NCBI GenBank assembly: GCA_042216675.1
Contig: JBDGTS010000002.1
Location: 1-62,210 of the forward strand
Direction of reading: 5' to 3'
Length of the DNA: 62,210 nucleotides
Source: Halobacteriaceae archaeon
Lineage (GTDB): Archaea > Halobacteriota > Halobacteria > Halobacteriales > Halobacteriaceae
Shown here: in pieces, positions 17,880-28,103 of the stretch
How positions within the stretch are numbered: position 1 is the first letter of the stretch
Layout of the letters: each line of letters begins with the position of its first letter
Program-made: the position numbers and the translations under genes
Notes under the pieces: generated by a model
The model's input: the letters and a program-made list of their open reading frames with translations, nothing else
What the model was told of the DNA's origin: nothing
Databases searched by the model: none

Positions 17880-20219
17880 ATGACGCCCAACGAGACGGTC
17901 GTCTTCGCGTTGGTCTTCCTGCCGTTTCTGGCGGCGGCGACCGTCCCGCTCGTCTTCCGGGCCCTCGGTGAGCGCACCGCCTACTACGCGGCCGCGGTCG
18001 CGCTCGCCTGCTTCGCCCTTACCGTCTCTCAACTGGGCCGCCACGGCGCGGTGGGCGTCCCGTGGATTCCGGCCTACGGCGTCACGCTCCGCTTCTACGT
18101 CGACGGCCTCTCGCTTCTCGTCGGACTGCTCGCCAGCGGCGTCGGCGTCCTCGTGTTCACCTACTCGGGGGCGTACATGCACGCCGAACCGGGCAAGCGC
18201 AAGTACTACGCCACGCTGCTGGCGTTCATGGGGTCGATGCTCGGCGTCGCGTTCGCCGCCGACCTCGTCGCCCTGTTCGTGTTCTGGGAACTCACCAGCG
18301 TCTCCTCGTTCCTGCTCATCGGGCACTACGAGGAGACGGCCCCCGGCCGCTACGCCGCGCGCAAGTCGATGCTGGTCACCGTCGGCGGCGGCCTGTTCAT
18401 GCTCGTCGGCTTCCTCCTCCTCCACGACGCCACGGGCACCTTCGCGCTCGCGGGCACCCCCGACGCACTCCTGACGAATCCCGAGGCGACTCACGCCGCA
18501 CTCGTGGACGCGGGGCTGCTCTGGCCCGTCGTCGCCCTCGTCGGTATCGGCGCGGCGGCGAAGTCCGCGCAGTGGCCCCTCCACATCTGGCTCCCGAACG
18601 CGATGGAGGCGCCCACGCCCGTCTCGGCGTTCCTCCACTCCGCGACGATGGTGAAGGCGGGCGTCTATCTCGTCGGCCGCCTTCGACCGCTCCTCGTCGG
18701 CGAGGAGTGGACGCTCCTGTTCGCCACGCTCGGACTGGTGACGATGACCGTCGCCGCCATCCTCGCCGTCGCCGCCACCGACATCAAGGAACTGCTCGCG
18801 TACTCGACGGCCTCCCATCTCGGTCTCATCGTCGCCGGCTTCGGCTTCGCGAACATCTACGGCGCCGAGGCCGGCGCGTTCCACATCCTGAACCACGCGC
18901 TGTTCAAGGCGGCCCTGTTCCTCGTCGCCGGCATCGTCGCCCACGAGGCAGGGACGCGCCGCATCGACGAACTCGGCGGCCTGCGTCACGAACTGCCGGT
19001 CACCGCTGGCATCACCGTCGTCGCGGCGCTGAGCATGGCCGGCGTCCCGCCGTTCAACGGCTTCTACTCGAAGGAACTGCTGTTCGAGGCGGCCGTCCAC
19101 GCCGCCGAACACGCGGGTGGCGCGGCGTGGCTGTTCCCCGTTCTCGCCGTCGTCGGGTCGGTGTTCACGTTTCTCTATTCGGTGCGCTTCCTGATGCTGT
19201 TCTTCGGGGAGACGCCCGCCGAGTTGGGACACGTCCACCGTCCACCGACGCTGATGCTGGCGCCGCCGCTGCTACTCGCCGTCCTCGCCGCCGTCGTCGG
19301 CGCCGTCCCGCAACTGGCCGTGGACACCGTCATTCAGTCCGTCTTCGAGAGCGCCAGCGGGAGCCACAAGCACATGCACGTCGGCCTGCCGACGCACGTC
19401 TCGCCGGCCCTCGTGATGAGCGCCCTCGCCATCGGCGGCGGCCTCGTGGCGTACCCGTTCCTCGATGCGCTCATCGGGGCGATTCGGCGCGGCCTCGCCG
19501 TCGGGCCCCTGACGCCGAACTGGTACTACGACCGACTCGTGAACGGCGCGACGGCGACGAGCGCCGCCGTCACCCCCGTCGTCCAGAACGGCCTGCTCCG
19601 TACGTACGCGGCGTGGGCGCTGGGCGCGGCGGCAGTCGGGACGCTCGCCGCCTACGCCGCCGCGTCAGTGACGCTCCCTGCGGGCGTCGCGGTGAACCTC
19701 ACGCTCCCCGTTCTGCTAGTCCTCGGCGTCGGCGTCGTCGCCGCGGCGGCGGTCAGCGTCGCGCCCTCGCACGTCGCGGGGGTCCTCACGCTCTCGATTC
19801 TGGGCTTCATGATCGCCATCTTCTACATCCTCGCCAGCGCCCCGGACCTCGCGCTCACGCAACTGGTCGTGGAGACGCTGGTGCTCGTCCTCTTCCTGCT
19901 CGTCCTCGACAAACTCCCGTCGTTCTACGGCGAGGCCCGGCGGGCCGTCGTCGCACGCGACGCCGTCCTCTCGGTCGTCGTCGGCGCGACGGTGACGCTC
20001 ACCGTCCTGCTGGCGACCAGCGCGAAACCCGAGGGCGGCGTCACGACCGCGGGCCTCGTCGAACGCGCCACCGGTCCCGGTGGCGGTGGTAACGTCGTCA
20101 ACGTGATCCTCGTGGACATCCGCGCGTTCGACACGCTCGGGGAGATCTCCGTCGTCGCGATGGCGGCGCTGGGAATCGTCACGCTGGTCGCGATGCGAGA
20201 ACAGGGTGAGACGCAGTGA
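17880..20219 (+). CDS. mrpA: Mrp Na+/H+ antiporter subunit A
   Basis: FWELTS, KSAQWPLHIWLPNAMEAPTPVSAFLHSATMVKAG, NVILVDIRAFDTLGE. Confidence 0.95.
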   Translation: MTPNETVVFALVFLPFLAAATVPLVFRALGERTAYYAAAVALACFALTVSQLGRHGAVGVPWIPAYGVTLRFYVDGLSLLVGLLASGVGVLVFTYSGAYMHAEPGKRKYYATLLAFMGSMLGVAFAADLVALFVFWELTSVSSFLLIGHYEETAPGRYAARKSMLVTVGGGLFMLVGFLLLHDATGTFALAGTPDALLTNPEATHAALVDAGLLWPVVALVGIGAAAKSAQWPLHIWLPNAMEAPTPVSAFLHSATMVKAGVYLVGRLRPLLVGEEWTLLFATLGLVTMTVAAILAVAATDIKELLAYSTASHLGLIVAGFGFANIYGAEAGAFHILNHALFKAALFLVAGIVAHEAGTRRIDELGGLRHELPVTAGITVVAALSMAGVPPFNGFYSKELLFEAAVHAAEHAGGAAWLFPVLAVVGSVFTFLYSVRFLMLFFGETPAELGHVHRPPTLMLAPPLLLAVLAAVVGAVPQLAVDTVIQSVFESASGSHKHMHVGLPTHVSPALVMSALAIGGGLVAYPFLDALIGAIRRGLAVGPLTPNWYYDRLVNGATATSAAVTPVVQNGLLRTYAAWALGAAAVGTLAAYAAASVTLPAGVAVNLTLPVLLVLGVGVVAAAAVSVAPSHVAGVLTLSILGFMIAIFYILASAPDLALTQLVVETLVLVLFLLVLDKLPSFYGEARRAVVARDAVLSVVVGATVTLTVLLATSAKPEGGVTTAGLVERATGPGGGGNVVNVILVDIRAFDTLGEISVVAMAALGIVTLVAMREQGETQ

Positions 20220-20680
20220 CGACGACCATCCTCCGCACGACGGCGCGGACTGTCGTTCCGCTCATCATCGTCGTCTCGGTGGCGCTGTTCGTGCAGGGCC
20301 ACAACCAACCCGGCGGCGGCTTCATCGCCGGTGTGCTGACGACGACGGCGTTCGCGCTCGTCTACATCACGTACGGCATCGACTTCCTCGAGGAGCAGGT
20401 GTTCGACCGGACCGTCGAGGACGTGGTGAGCCACCTCCAACACGGCATCGTGGCCGACTACCGACGGCTGTTCGTCGTCGGACTGGCGGTGGCGGCGGGG
20501 AGCGGCCTCGTCCCCCTCTACTGGGACGTCCCCTTCCTCGCGCAGGACCACTGGTACGTCCACGGCGTCCCCCTCTGGAACAAGGTCCACGTCGCGAGCG
20601 CCATCGTCTTCGACCTCGGCGTCTACTTCGTCGTCGTGGGCGCCCTCCTGACGATTCTCTCGGTGGTGGGTGCCGAATGA
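20216..20680 (+). CDS. mrpB: Mrp subunit B
   Basis: GHNQPGGGFIAG, FDLGVYFVV. Confidence 0.93.
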   Translation: MTTTILRTTARTVVPLIIVVSVALFVQGHNQPGGGFIAGVLTTTAFALVYITYGIDFLEEQVFDRTVEDVVSHLQHGIVADYRRLFVVGLAVAAGSGLVPLYWDVPFLAQDHWYVHGVPLWNKVHVASAIVFDLGVYFVVVGALLTILSVVGAE

Positions 20681-21021
20681 CCGAGTTCGTCCTCGCCGTC
20701 GTCGTCGGCGCGCTGTTCGCCCTCGGGACGTTTCTTGTCCTCCGACGGGACCTCGTCCGCGTCGTCTGGGGCGTCTCCATCATGAGTCAGGCCGCGAACG
20801 TGTATCTCATCACGATGGGCGGCCTCGCCGGGAGCGTCCCCATCGTCGGCCACGGGGGCCACGGCGCCGGTCACGTCACCGACCCGCTGGTGCAGGCGCT
20901 GGTCCTCACGGCCATCGTCATCGGCTTCGGGACCACCGCGCTGGCGCTGGTCCTGACCTACCGCACGTACGAGGAGAACGGCTCCATCGACGTCACGTCG
21001 CTCCGAGGTGACCGCCCGTGA
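20677..21021 (+). CDS. mrpC: Mrp subunit C
   Basis: MTEFVLAVV start (ATGA overlap); DPLVQALVLTAIVIGFG. Confidence 0.93.
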   Translation: MTEFVLAVVVGALFALGTFLVLRRDLVRVVWGVSIMSQAANVYLITMGGLAGSVPIVGHGGHGAGHVTDPLVQALVLTAIVIGFGTTALALVLTYRTYEENGSIDVTSLRGDRP

Positions 21022-22580
21022 GTCCACACATCGCCATCGCGCCGATGCTCGTCGCACTGCTGACCGCAATCCTCTCGTTGCCGGCCCGGAAGCGCCCCCG
21101 CCTGCGCACCGCGGTCAGCGTCGGCGGCGCCGCCGCCTACGCCGCCGTCGTCGCGGTGCTGGCGCTCCGGGTGTTCCCGGACGGCGTCCTCGTCTACACG
21201 CTCGGTGGCTGGCAGGCACCCTTTGGCATCGTCCTCGTCGCGGACGCGCTCTCGGCGTTCATGCTCGTCCTCTCGGCGCTCGTCGCCGTCCCCGCCGCGG
21301 CGTTCGCGGCCCGCTACGTCGACGAGACGGGCCAGCGCGTCTCGTTCCACGCGCTGTTCCACTTCATGCTGCTGGGCGTCGCTGGGTCGTTTCTCACCGG
21401 CGACGTGTTCAACCTCTTCGTCTGGTTCGAGGTGATGTTGATGGCGAGCTACGTCCTCGTCGTCCTCTACGGCGGCGCCGAACACACCCGCGCCGCGATG
21501 CGCTACGTCGTCCTCAACCTCATCGCCAGCGCGGTGATGCTCGTCGCCATCGGTGGCCTGTACGCGAGACTCGGGACGCTCAACATGGCGGACATGGCGC
21601 GTCGCCTCGCCGACCCCGCCGCCTACGGCGTCGACCCCGCGCCGGTGCTGGGCATCTCGGCGCTCCTGTTCGCCGTCTTCGCGCTGAAAGCGGGGATGGT
21701 CCCCTTCCAGTTCTGGGTGCCAGACGCCTACCGCGCCGCGCCCGCGCCGGTGACGGCGATGCTCGCAGGCGTCGTGAAGAAAGTCGGCGTCTACGCCATC
21801 ATCCGCCTCTACTTCACCGTCTTCGCCGCGGCCGAAATCGGCGTCTCGCTCCCGTTCCTCGGTGGCGACTCACCGCTGGCGTTCTTCGGCCCCGTCCTCT
21901 TCGTCATGGCCGCCGCGAGCATCCTCTTTGGCGGCATCGGCGCCGTCGCGCGCGACGACGTCGATGGTCTGCTGGCGTACTCCTCCATCAGTCAGGTCGG
22001 CTTCATCGCCCTCCCCTTGGCCGTCGGCGCCGCGGCGGCGGGCGTCCGGTCGCTGGCGCTCGCGGCGGCCCTCGTCTACGCGCTGAACCACGCCGTCGCC
22101 AAGGGGCTGCTCTTCCTCGTCTCGGGCGCCGTCTCCGACGCGACGGGCACGGACGAACTGGGCAACCTCGGCGGCCTCGCCGCCTCGACGCCCGTGGTCG
22201 CGGCGACGTTCCTCGTCGGCGCGCTGGCGATGATCGGTATCCCGCCGCTGTCGGGATTCTTCGGCAAACTGCTCGTCTTCGACGCGGCGGCCCGCGCCGG
22301 CGACGTGGTGGCGCTGGCGGTCGCCCTCGGCGGCGCCCTCCTCACCATCACCTACATGTCTCGGGGCTGGAACCGGGCGTTCTGGGGGGCGCCGACGCCG
22401 CTCGTCTCGCGGGCGACGCCCGACCCCGTGTTGGTGGCCATCGTCGCGGCGCTCGCTCTCGTCGTCGTCGCTCTCGGCGTCGGCTTCGACCCGGTGTTCC
22501 GCTTCGCGACGGCCGCGGGCGACGCGGCACTCGCCCGTGACGCCTACGTCGGGGCTGTCTTCGGAGGTGGTGGCGCGTGA
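21018..22580 (+). CDS. mrpD: Mrp subunit D
   Basis: GGWQAPFGI, TGDVFNLFVWFEVML, GIPPLSGFFGK. Confidence 0.93.
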   Translation: MSPHIAIAPMLVALLTAILSLPARKRPRLRTAVSVGGAAAYAAVVAVLALRVFPDGVLVYTLGGWQAPFGIVLVADALSAFMLVLSALVAVPAAAFAARYVDETGQRVSFHALFHFMLLGVAGSFLTGDVFNLFVWFEVMLMASYVLVVLYGGAEHTRAAMRYVVLNLIASAVMLVAIGGLYARLGTLNMADMARRLADPAAYGVDPAPVLGISALLFAVFALKAGMVPFQFWVPDAYRAAPAPVTAMLAGVVKKVGVYAIIRLYFTVFAAAEIGVSLPFLGGDSPLAFFGPVLFVMAAASILFGGIGAVARDDVDGLLAYSSISQVGFIALPLAVGAAAAGVRSLALAAALVYALNHAVAKGLLFLVSGAVSDATGTDELGNLGGLAASTPVVAATFLVGALAMIGIPPLSGFFGKLLVFDAAARAGDVVALAVALGGALLTITYMSRGWNRAFWGAPTPLVSRATPDPVLVAIVAALALVVVALGVGFDPVFRFATAAGDAALARDAYVGAVFGGGGA

Positions 22581-23161
22581 GCGAGCGCCCCGCCCGCGGT
22601 GTTCCGCGCTGGCCCGTCATCGGCCTCGCGCTGGCGCTGTTGTGGCTGTTCGTCCGGGGCATCCCCCTCGACGCGCGGGTGCTGGCGAGCGAACTCGTCT
22701 TCGGGTCGGCCGTCGGCCTACCTACCGCGTTCGTCTTCCGGCGCCTCTACGCCGACCGCATCGACCTCGTGCGCGTCGTCCGCGTCCTCCCGTTCGCGGG
22801 CATCTATCTCGCCACGTTCCTCTGGGAGTTGGCCACCGCCAATATCGACGTGGCGTACCGCGTCCTCGCGCCGAGCATGCCCATCGAACCGCGGGTCATC
22901 GAGATTCCGCTCCGCGTCGAGTCAGACGCGGCCGTGACGACGATCGCCAACTCCATCACGCTCACGCCCGGCACGCTGACCATGGACCACGACGAGGAGC
23001 GAAACAGCCTCTACGTCCACGCCATCGACGGCCGCGACAGGGAGGCCGTCGTCGCGCCCATCCGGCGCTGGGAGGGGTTGGCACTCCTCATCTTCGCCGA
23101 GGACCGCAATCCCGACGACCCGGTTCCCGACCCCGACGGAGGTGAGACCGATGGCGAGTGA
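22577..23161 (+). CDS. mrpE: Mrp subunit E
   Basis: ANSITLTPGT. Confidence 0.92.
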   Translation: MSERPARGVPRWPVIGLALALLWLFVRGIPLDARVLASELVFGSAVGLPTAFVFRRLYADRIDLVRVVRVLPFAGIYLATFLWELATANIDVAYRVLAPSMPIEPRVIEIPLRVESDAAVTTIANSITLTPGTLTMDHDEERNSLYVHAIDGRDREAVVAPIRRWEGLALLIFAEDRNPDDPVPDPDGGETDGE

Positions 23162-23438
23162 CCCCGCGTTCCTCACGCACGCGCTCCGGATTGCGCTCGT
23201 CGTCACGTCGGGGCTCACGCTGCTCGCGGCCTACCGAGTCATCGAGGGGCCGACGGTTCCGGACCGCGTGGTGGCACTCGACACCATCGGGACGAACGTC
23301 GTCGCCATCGCCGTCCTCTTCGCCCTGCTGACCGGCGAGGGCCTGTTCGTCACGGTGAGCCTCGTCCTCGCAATCATCGGGTTCATGAGCACCGTCGCCG
23401 TCGCGAAGTACGTCATCGAGGGTGACATCATCGAATGA
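23151..23438 (+). CDS. mrpF: Mrp subunit F
   Basis: GPTVPDRVVALD; SD GGAGGTGA. Confidence 0.92.
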   Translation: MASDPAFLTHALRIALVVTSGLTLLAAYRVIEGPTVPDRVVALDTIGTNVVAIAVLFALLTGEGLFVTVSLVLAIIGFMSTVAVAKYVIEGDIIE

Positions 23439-23767
23439 CTGTGACCGCCCAGACCGTCCTCGTGACCGCGCTCGTCGCCATCGGGGCGTTCTTCACCACT
23501 GTCGGGACCATCGGCCTGCTCCGCCTGCCGAACGTGTTCAACCGGATGCACGCCACGTCGAAGGCGACGACGCTCGGCGCGGCCTCTATCTTCCTCGCCG
23601 GGGCCGTCCGCTTCGGCATCTCCGGGGCGGGGGTCACGTCGCTCGTCGGTGTCGTCTTCCTGTTCATCACCGCCCCGACGGGCGCGCACATGATTTCCCG
23701 GTCGGCACACCGGATGGGCGTCCCGTTCGTCACCGGTGCGGAGTGGCCCAACGACGACGAGGACTAA
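23435..23767 (+). CDS. mrpG: Mrp subunit G
   Basis: GLLRLPNVFNRMHATSKATTLG, TAPTGAH. Confidence 0.92.
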   Translation: MTVTAQTVLVTALVAIGAFFTTVGTIGLLRLPNVFNRMHATSKATTLGAASIFLAGAVRFGISGAGVTSLVGVVFLFITAPTGAHMISRSAHRMGVPFVTGAEWPNDDED

Positions 23768-24924
23768 AGCGACGCCGCGAGTTCGTCGGCGATGCGCCGG
23801 CCGAGGTCCGTTTTCGAGCCGACGAACTCCGACTCGGCCTCGCGTCGCACGATGAGCGCCCGCGTCTCGTCGCCGCCCATCGCGCTCGCGTCGTTGGCGA
23901 CGACGAACGCGAGCCCCGTCCGGTCGATGAGGTCCCGGGCCGCCTCCACCATCGCCTCGTCCTCGCCGCTCGGTTCGAGTTTGAAGCCGACCATCGTCAG
24001 GTCGGGGTGTCGCTCGCGCACGGCGTCGAGCAGTTTCGGCGTCGGTTCGAGGTCGAGGGTGAGGTCGGTGCGCCCCGAGCGAATCTTCTCTGGCGCCGCC
24101 TCGACGGTGTAGTCGCCGATGGCCGCCGCGGAGACGAGGGCGTCCGCCCCCGCCGCCGCCTCCTCCGCGGCCGCGAGCATCTCGGCGGCGCTCTCGACGC
24201 GTTCGATGGCCGCATAGGGCACGGTCGCGCCGTCGTGAACGAGCGTCACGTCGGCACCGAGGGCGTAGCACGCCTTCGCCACCGCGCGGCCCGTGCGCCC
24301 GGACGCGCGGTTCGTCAGCACGCGCACCGGGTCGATGCGCTCGCTCGTCGCGCCGGCCGTGACGACGACGCGGCGGCCGTCGAGCGGTCTGTCACCGGCC
24401 GCGCGGGCCACGTCGAGCGCGATCGCCTCGTCGGACGCGATTTTGGCCTTTCCCTCCTCGATGCGCGGGTCCACGACGCCGACGCCCCACGACTCCACGC
24501 GCTCCAAGGCGTCGAGGACGCCCGGATGGTCGTACATCGGTTCGTGCATCGCCGGCGCGAGGACCACTGGCACGTCCGCGCCGAGGGCCGTCGTCGCGCA
24601 CGTCGTCACCGGCGTGTCGTCGATGGCGGCGGCCATCTTCCCGACGGTGTTCGCCGTCGCGGGCGCGACGAGGAACACGTCGGCCCACCCATCGCGGCCG
24701 CACAACTCCACGTGTTCGACCGCGCCCGTGATTTCGGTCACCACGTCGTGATCGGTGGCGAACTCGACTGCCCACGGGTGGACGATGGACGTCGCGCTCT
24801 CCGACATCACGGCCCGGACGCTCGCGCCGCGGCGCCGGAGTTCGTGCGCGAGTTCGACGACGCGCACGGCGGCGATGCTCCCGGTCACCCCCAACGCGAC
24901 GTTGACCCCATCGAGGTGCGTCAT
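23764..24924 (-). CDS. coaBC: phosphopantothenoylcysteine decarboxylase/ligase
   Basis: LGVTGSIAA, APATANT, PAMH, TAGATSERIDPVR.LTNRASG, VGFK; alternative GTG start at 24930. Confidence 0.93.
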   Translation of the reverse strand: MTHLDGVNVALGVTGSIAAVRVVELAHELRRRGASVRAVMSESATSIVHPWAVEFATDHDVVTEITGAVEHVELCGRDGWADVFLVAPATANTVGKMAAAIDDTPVTTCATTALGADVPVVLAPAMHEPMYDHPGVLDALERVESWGVGVVDPRIEEGKAKIASDEAIALDVARAAGDRPLDGRRVVVTAGATSERIDPVRVLTNRASGRTGRAVAKACYALGADVTLVHDGATVPYAAIERVESAAEMLAAAEEAAAGADALVSAAAIGDYTVEAAPEKIRSGRTDLTLDLEPTPKLLDAVRERHPDLTMVGFKLEPSGEDEAMVEAARDLIDRTGLAFVVANDASAMGGDETRALIVRREAESEFVGSKTDLGRRIADELAASL

Positions 24925-24961
24925 CGCCACCCGATTCGCTCCCGCCCCTCAAAACTCCCCC

Positions 24962-25690
24962 TCACTCCTCGACGCTGGGGTGTTGCTGTGGCTCGTCGGT
25001 TCGGGGGGCGGAGAAGCGTTCTCGCATCACGTCGAGGGACGCGCGTTCCCGGCGCTGACGCTCGTCCTCGTCGATCTCCTCACAGCCCGGCGGCACGTCG
25101 CGGCCGCGGCCGGTGAAGTAGCCCTCGGGCGCCACCCAGTCGTGGTAGAACGGTTCGTCGCTGTCTTCGAGGAGCGTCACGCCGACTTCGGCGCCGTGCC
25201 CCGCGGCGACGGCGACCTGATGGGGCTTCCCGGCGAGGCGCCCCGCGGCGTACAGGCCGTCGACGCCCGTGCGCCCTCGCTCGTCGGTGTCGACGAACGA
25301 CTTCCCGCGCTCTACGGTGTCCACGTCGAGGCCGTCGAGGTAGCCCACCTCGTTCTTCGTCGCCGCCACGACGTACGTCGAGGCGTAGCGCTCGCCGCCC
25401 TCGGTTTCCGTGACGAACCCTCCGTCCGCTCGCTCGACGCGGGCGGCGCGCGCGTCGCGGAACGCGGCCCCTGCGCTCTCGGCCTGTTCGCCGAGCAGAT
25501 CGAGGAACAGCCGCGAGTTCACGCCCGCGGGGAAGCCGGGGACGTTCTCCAGATGCGCGTTGCGCCGGAGGAGCGAACTGTCGCCGTCGACGACGAGCGT
25601 CTCGACCCCGTGTCGTGCGGTGTACGTCGCGGCCGTCCGGCCGGCGACGCCGCCGCCGACGACGACCACGTCTACGGACTCTGTCGGCAT
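24962..25690 (-). CDS. short NAD(P)/FAD-dependent oxidoreductase (TrxB-like, no CxxC)
   Basis: VVVVGGGVAG, LENVPGFP, TGVDGLYAAG. Confidence 0.8.
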   Translation of the reverse strand: MPTESVDVVVVGGGVAGRTAATYTARHGVETLVVDGDSSLLRRNAHLENVPGFPAGVNSRLFLDLLGEQAESAGAAFRDARAARVERADGGFVTETEGGERYASTYVVAATKNEVGYLDGLDVDTVERGKSFVDTDERGRTGVDGLYAAGRLAGKPHQVAVAAGHGAEVGVTLLEDSDEPFYHDWVAPEGYFTGRGRDVPPGCEEIDEDERQRRERASLDVMRERFSAPRTDEPQQHPSVEE

Positions 25691-25769
25691 GTGTCCGCGT
25701 CGGACGCTTGGCACCGTAACCGTGTCGCTCCGCCCCGGGATTGAAGGTGCCGCCGCCGGTAGCGCCCCC

Positions 25770-26294
25770 GTGGACACCGTCGAGGTCAGCACGCTCGTGT
25801 ATCTCCCGCCCGAGGACGTCTTCGACTTCCTCGTGGACTTCCCGCGCTACGCCGACTACTCGAAGCACCTCCGCGGCGTGCGACAGGAGGGCGACGGCGG
25901 GCCGGGCACGCGCTACGCGCTTCGCTTCTCGTGGTGGAAGGTCAGCTACACCGCTCACACCGAGGTGACGGGGATGGACCCCCCGCGCACGCTCTCGTGG
26001 CGCGTGACGCGGGACCTGTCCGCGCACGGCCACTGGCGAGTCGACCCCGACCCGGAGGCGGCGCCGCCGGACCGCGAGACGGCGTCGCGCGTGTCGCTCA
26101 CGGTCAACTTCGACCCCGAGAGCGCGGGCGACGGCCTCCTCGACTTGCCTCGATTCGTCTCGATGGACTGGGTGCTCGACCGCATCTCCGGACTCATCCG
26201 CGCGGAGGGCGAACGTGTCGTCGAACGCATCGTCGCGGACCTCGAAGGGGAGCGTCGTCCCGTCGAGGTGACGGTCAGCGTCGACGGCGACTAA
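25770..26294 (+). CDS. SRPBCC/polyketide cyclase family protein
   Basis: VEVSTLVYLPPEDVFDFLVDFPRY. Confidence 0.8.
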   Translation: MDTVEVSTLVYLPPEDVFDFLVDFPRYADYSKHLRGVRQEGDGGPGTRYALRFSWWKVSYTAHTEVTGMDPPRTLSWRVTRDLSAHGHWRVDPDPEAAPPDRETASRVSLTVNFDPESAGDGLLDLPRFVSMDWVLDRISGLIRAEGERVVERIVADLEGERRPVEVTVSVDGD

Positions 26295-26930
26295 CTACTC
26301 CAGTTCGCCGTAGTCGCCGCCGTACTTCAGGAAGAAGTAGGTGAGGCCGAGGACGGAGACCATCGTTCCCGTCGCCGCGACCCCGAGCGTCTGTGCGCTG
26401 TCGGGCAGAATCGACTGATAGCCGCCGCCGGCAGGCGGTTGACCGCTGGCGTTGACGACGATGGTCCCGACCATGCCCCGTGACTCGTGCGGCGTGCAGA
26501 CGTAGTCGTACGTGCCGAGCGTCTCGAACGTGTGCGAGTAGGTGAACGGCGCGGTTTCGAGGCTCTCGTGGCCCTCCCACGAGGCGCCGCTGGGTTGGCT
26601 TTTCACCGAGACGTTGTGGGTGAGGTTGCCCTTCCAGACGAACTCGACCGTCGTCCCGGGTGTGATGTAGAGCGGTTCCGAAGTGCCGGGCTTGAAGATG
26701 AGGTCGTTGTCCGGCGTCGAGACGCTGACCGTGACTGTCTTGCCGCCGCCGCTGCCGCCCGTCGTGGTCGTCTGGTTGCCGGTCGTCTGCGTACCGGTGG
26801 TCCCGTTTCCGGCTGTCGTGGTCCCCTCTTGGGCGGTCGCAGCGCCCGTGACGCCGGCCGCTGCCGCGGTGCCCGCGGTCGCGGTTCGGAGGAAGCCCCG
26901 CCGGGAGACGCCGTCCTCGCTGTCACTCAT
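26295..26930 (-). CDS. halocyanin (blue copper protein), Tat signal, C-terminal TM
   Basis: SRRGFL; HNV; YVCTPHESRGM type-1 Cu motif. Confidence 0.9.
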   Translation of the reverse strand: MSDSEDGVSRRGFLRTATAGTAAAAGVTGAATAQEGTTTAGNGTTGTQTTGNQTTTTGGSGGGKTVTVSVSTPDNDLIFKPGTSEPLYITPGTTVEFVWKGNLTHNVSVKSQPSGASWEGHESLETAPFTYSHTFETLGTYDYVCTPHESRGMVGTIVVNASGQPPAGGGYQSILPDSAQTLGVAATGTMVSVLGLTYFFLKYGGDYGELE

Positions 26931-27012
26931 GGTCGGCGCTTGACCCCCGCGGCTACTGAATACTTTGGTTTCGCTCCACAACCCTTTTGCTCCGCCCGCA
27001 CCGCCGTCCGCT

Positions 27013-27270
27013 ATGACAGACGTCGAAGCAGACCTCCGCTCGCAACTCAGAGAGGCCTTCGAGGGCGCCGACTACCCCGTCGAGAACCAGATGGACCTCG
27101 TCCCGGCGCTTCCGCAGGGTCCCGGCACCACCTTCGAGGCCGGCGACGTGCGCTTCACCGCGATGGAACTCGCGTCGAAGGTTTCCGGTCATCAGGACTT
27201 CCCCTACGACGACGTCGACTCCCTCGTGGACGACGTCATCACCGGTCTGAAGGCCGAGGGGATGCTCTGA
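27013..27270 (+). CDS. MTH865-like protein
   Basis: AFEGADYPV..MDLVPALPQGPGT, DFPY. Confidence 0.8.
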   Translation: MTDVEADLRSQLREAFEGADYPVENQMDLVPALPQGPGTTFEAGDVRFTAMELASKVSGHQDFPYDDVDSLVDDVITGLKAEGML

Positions 27271-27358
27271 CCGCCGCCGCCGAACCACCGAGCCTTTTAT
27301 CACCCGCAGTCCAAACCCGGTCGATGCACCAGCACGGCCGTTCCGCGGGTGGTCGTCC

Positions 27359-28078
27359 GTGATCGCAGTCGTCGGGGACGACGCTCTCGCGTCGGCGCTG
27401 GACGAGGCGGGACACTCCGCAGCGTCGGGCGAGGGCGCCGTGTCCCCGGCCTGTTCGCTCGTCGTGGCCGTCGGCGACGAGGCGCTTGCTGACGTAGCGG
27501 CGCGCGCGCCCGACTCGCCGGTCCTCGCCGTCGCCACTGACCGGACAGTCCCGTCGGTCGCGAACGACCCCGAGGCCGTCGTGACGGCCGTCGAGGCGTT
27601 CCGGGCGGGCGAGGCGGACATCGTCGACCGGACGCTCCTCTCGGTGGCCGTCGCCGACCGGCAGTACCGCGCGCTGTTCGACGCGATGCTCGTCACGGCC
27701 GAACCCGCACAGATATCTGGGTTCCGGGTCGGCGCCGACGCCCACGGCACCCTCGACGACGTGCGCGCCGACGGCGTCGTCGCGGCGACGCCCGCCGGAA
27801 GCCGGGGCTACGCCCGTGACGCCGGCGGGCCGACCGTCGCGCCCGGTACCGACGCCCTCGCCGTCGTCCCCATCGCGCCGTTCACCGTCGATCCGCACCG
27901 CTGGGTCGTCGCGCCGCCCATCTCGCTCACCGTGACGCGCGACGAGGGCACCATCGAACTCCGCGTCGACGGCCGCGAACGGGGTACCGTCGCACCCGAG
28001 GCGACGGTCCACATCGAACGCGACGGCGCGCTCTCGGTTCTCGCCCCCGGACGCGCCGCGACGATGGAAAAGACCTAA
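27359..28078 (+). CDS. NAD kinase-like protein (degenerate)
   Basis: ADGVVAATPAGSRGY..AGGP, VVPIAPF, VDG; lacks GGDG. Confidence 0.75.
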   Translation: MIAVVGDDALASALDEAGHSAASGEGAVSPACSLVVAVGDEALADVAARAPDSPVLAVATDRTVPSVANDPEAVVTAVEAFRAGEADIVDRTLLSVAVADRQYRALFDAMLVTAEPAQISGFRVGADAHGTLDDVRADGVVAATPAGSRGYARDAGGPTVAPGTDALAVVPIAPFTVDPHRWVVAPPISLTVTRDEGTIELRVDGRERGTVAPEATVHIERDGALSVLAPGRAATMEKT

Positions 28079-28103
28079 GACCGAAACCGACACATCTCCG
28101 CAC

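Noticed and set aside
17880-23767. Mrp genes as respiratory complex I or hydrogenase subunits
   Set aside because: A complete A-G set with no Fe-S or catalytic subunits indicates an ordinary Mrp antiporter.
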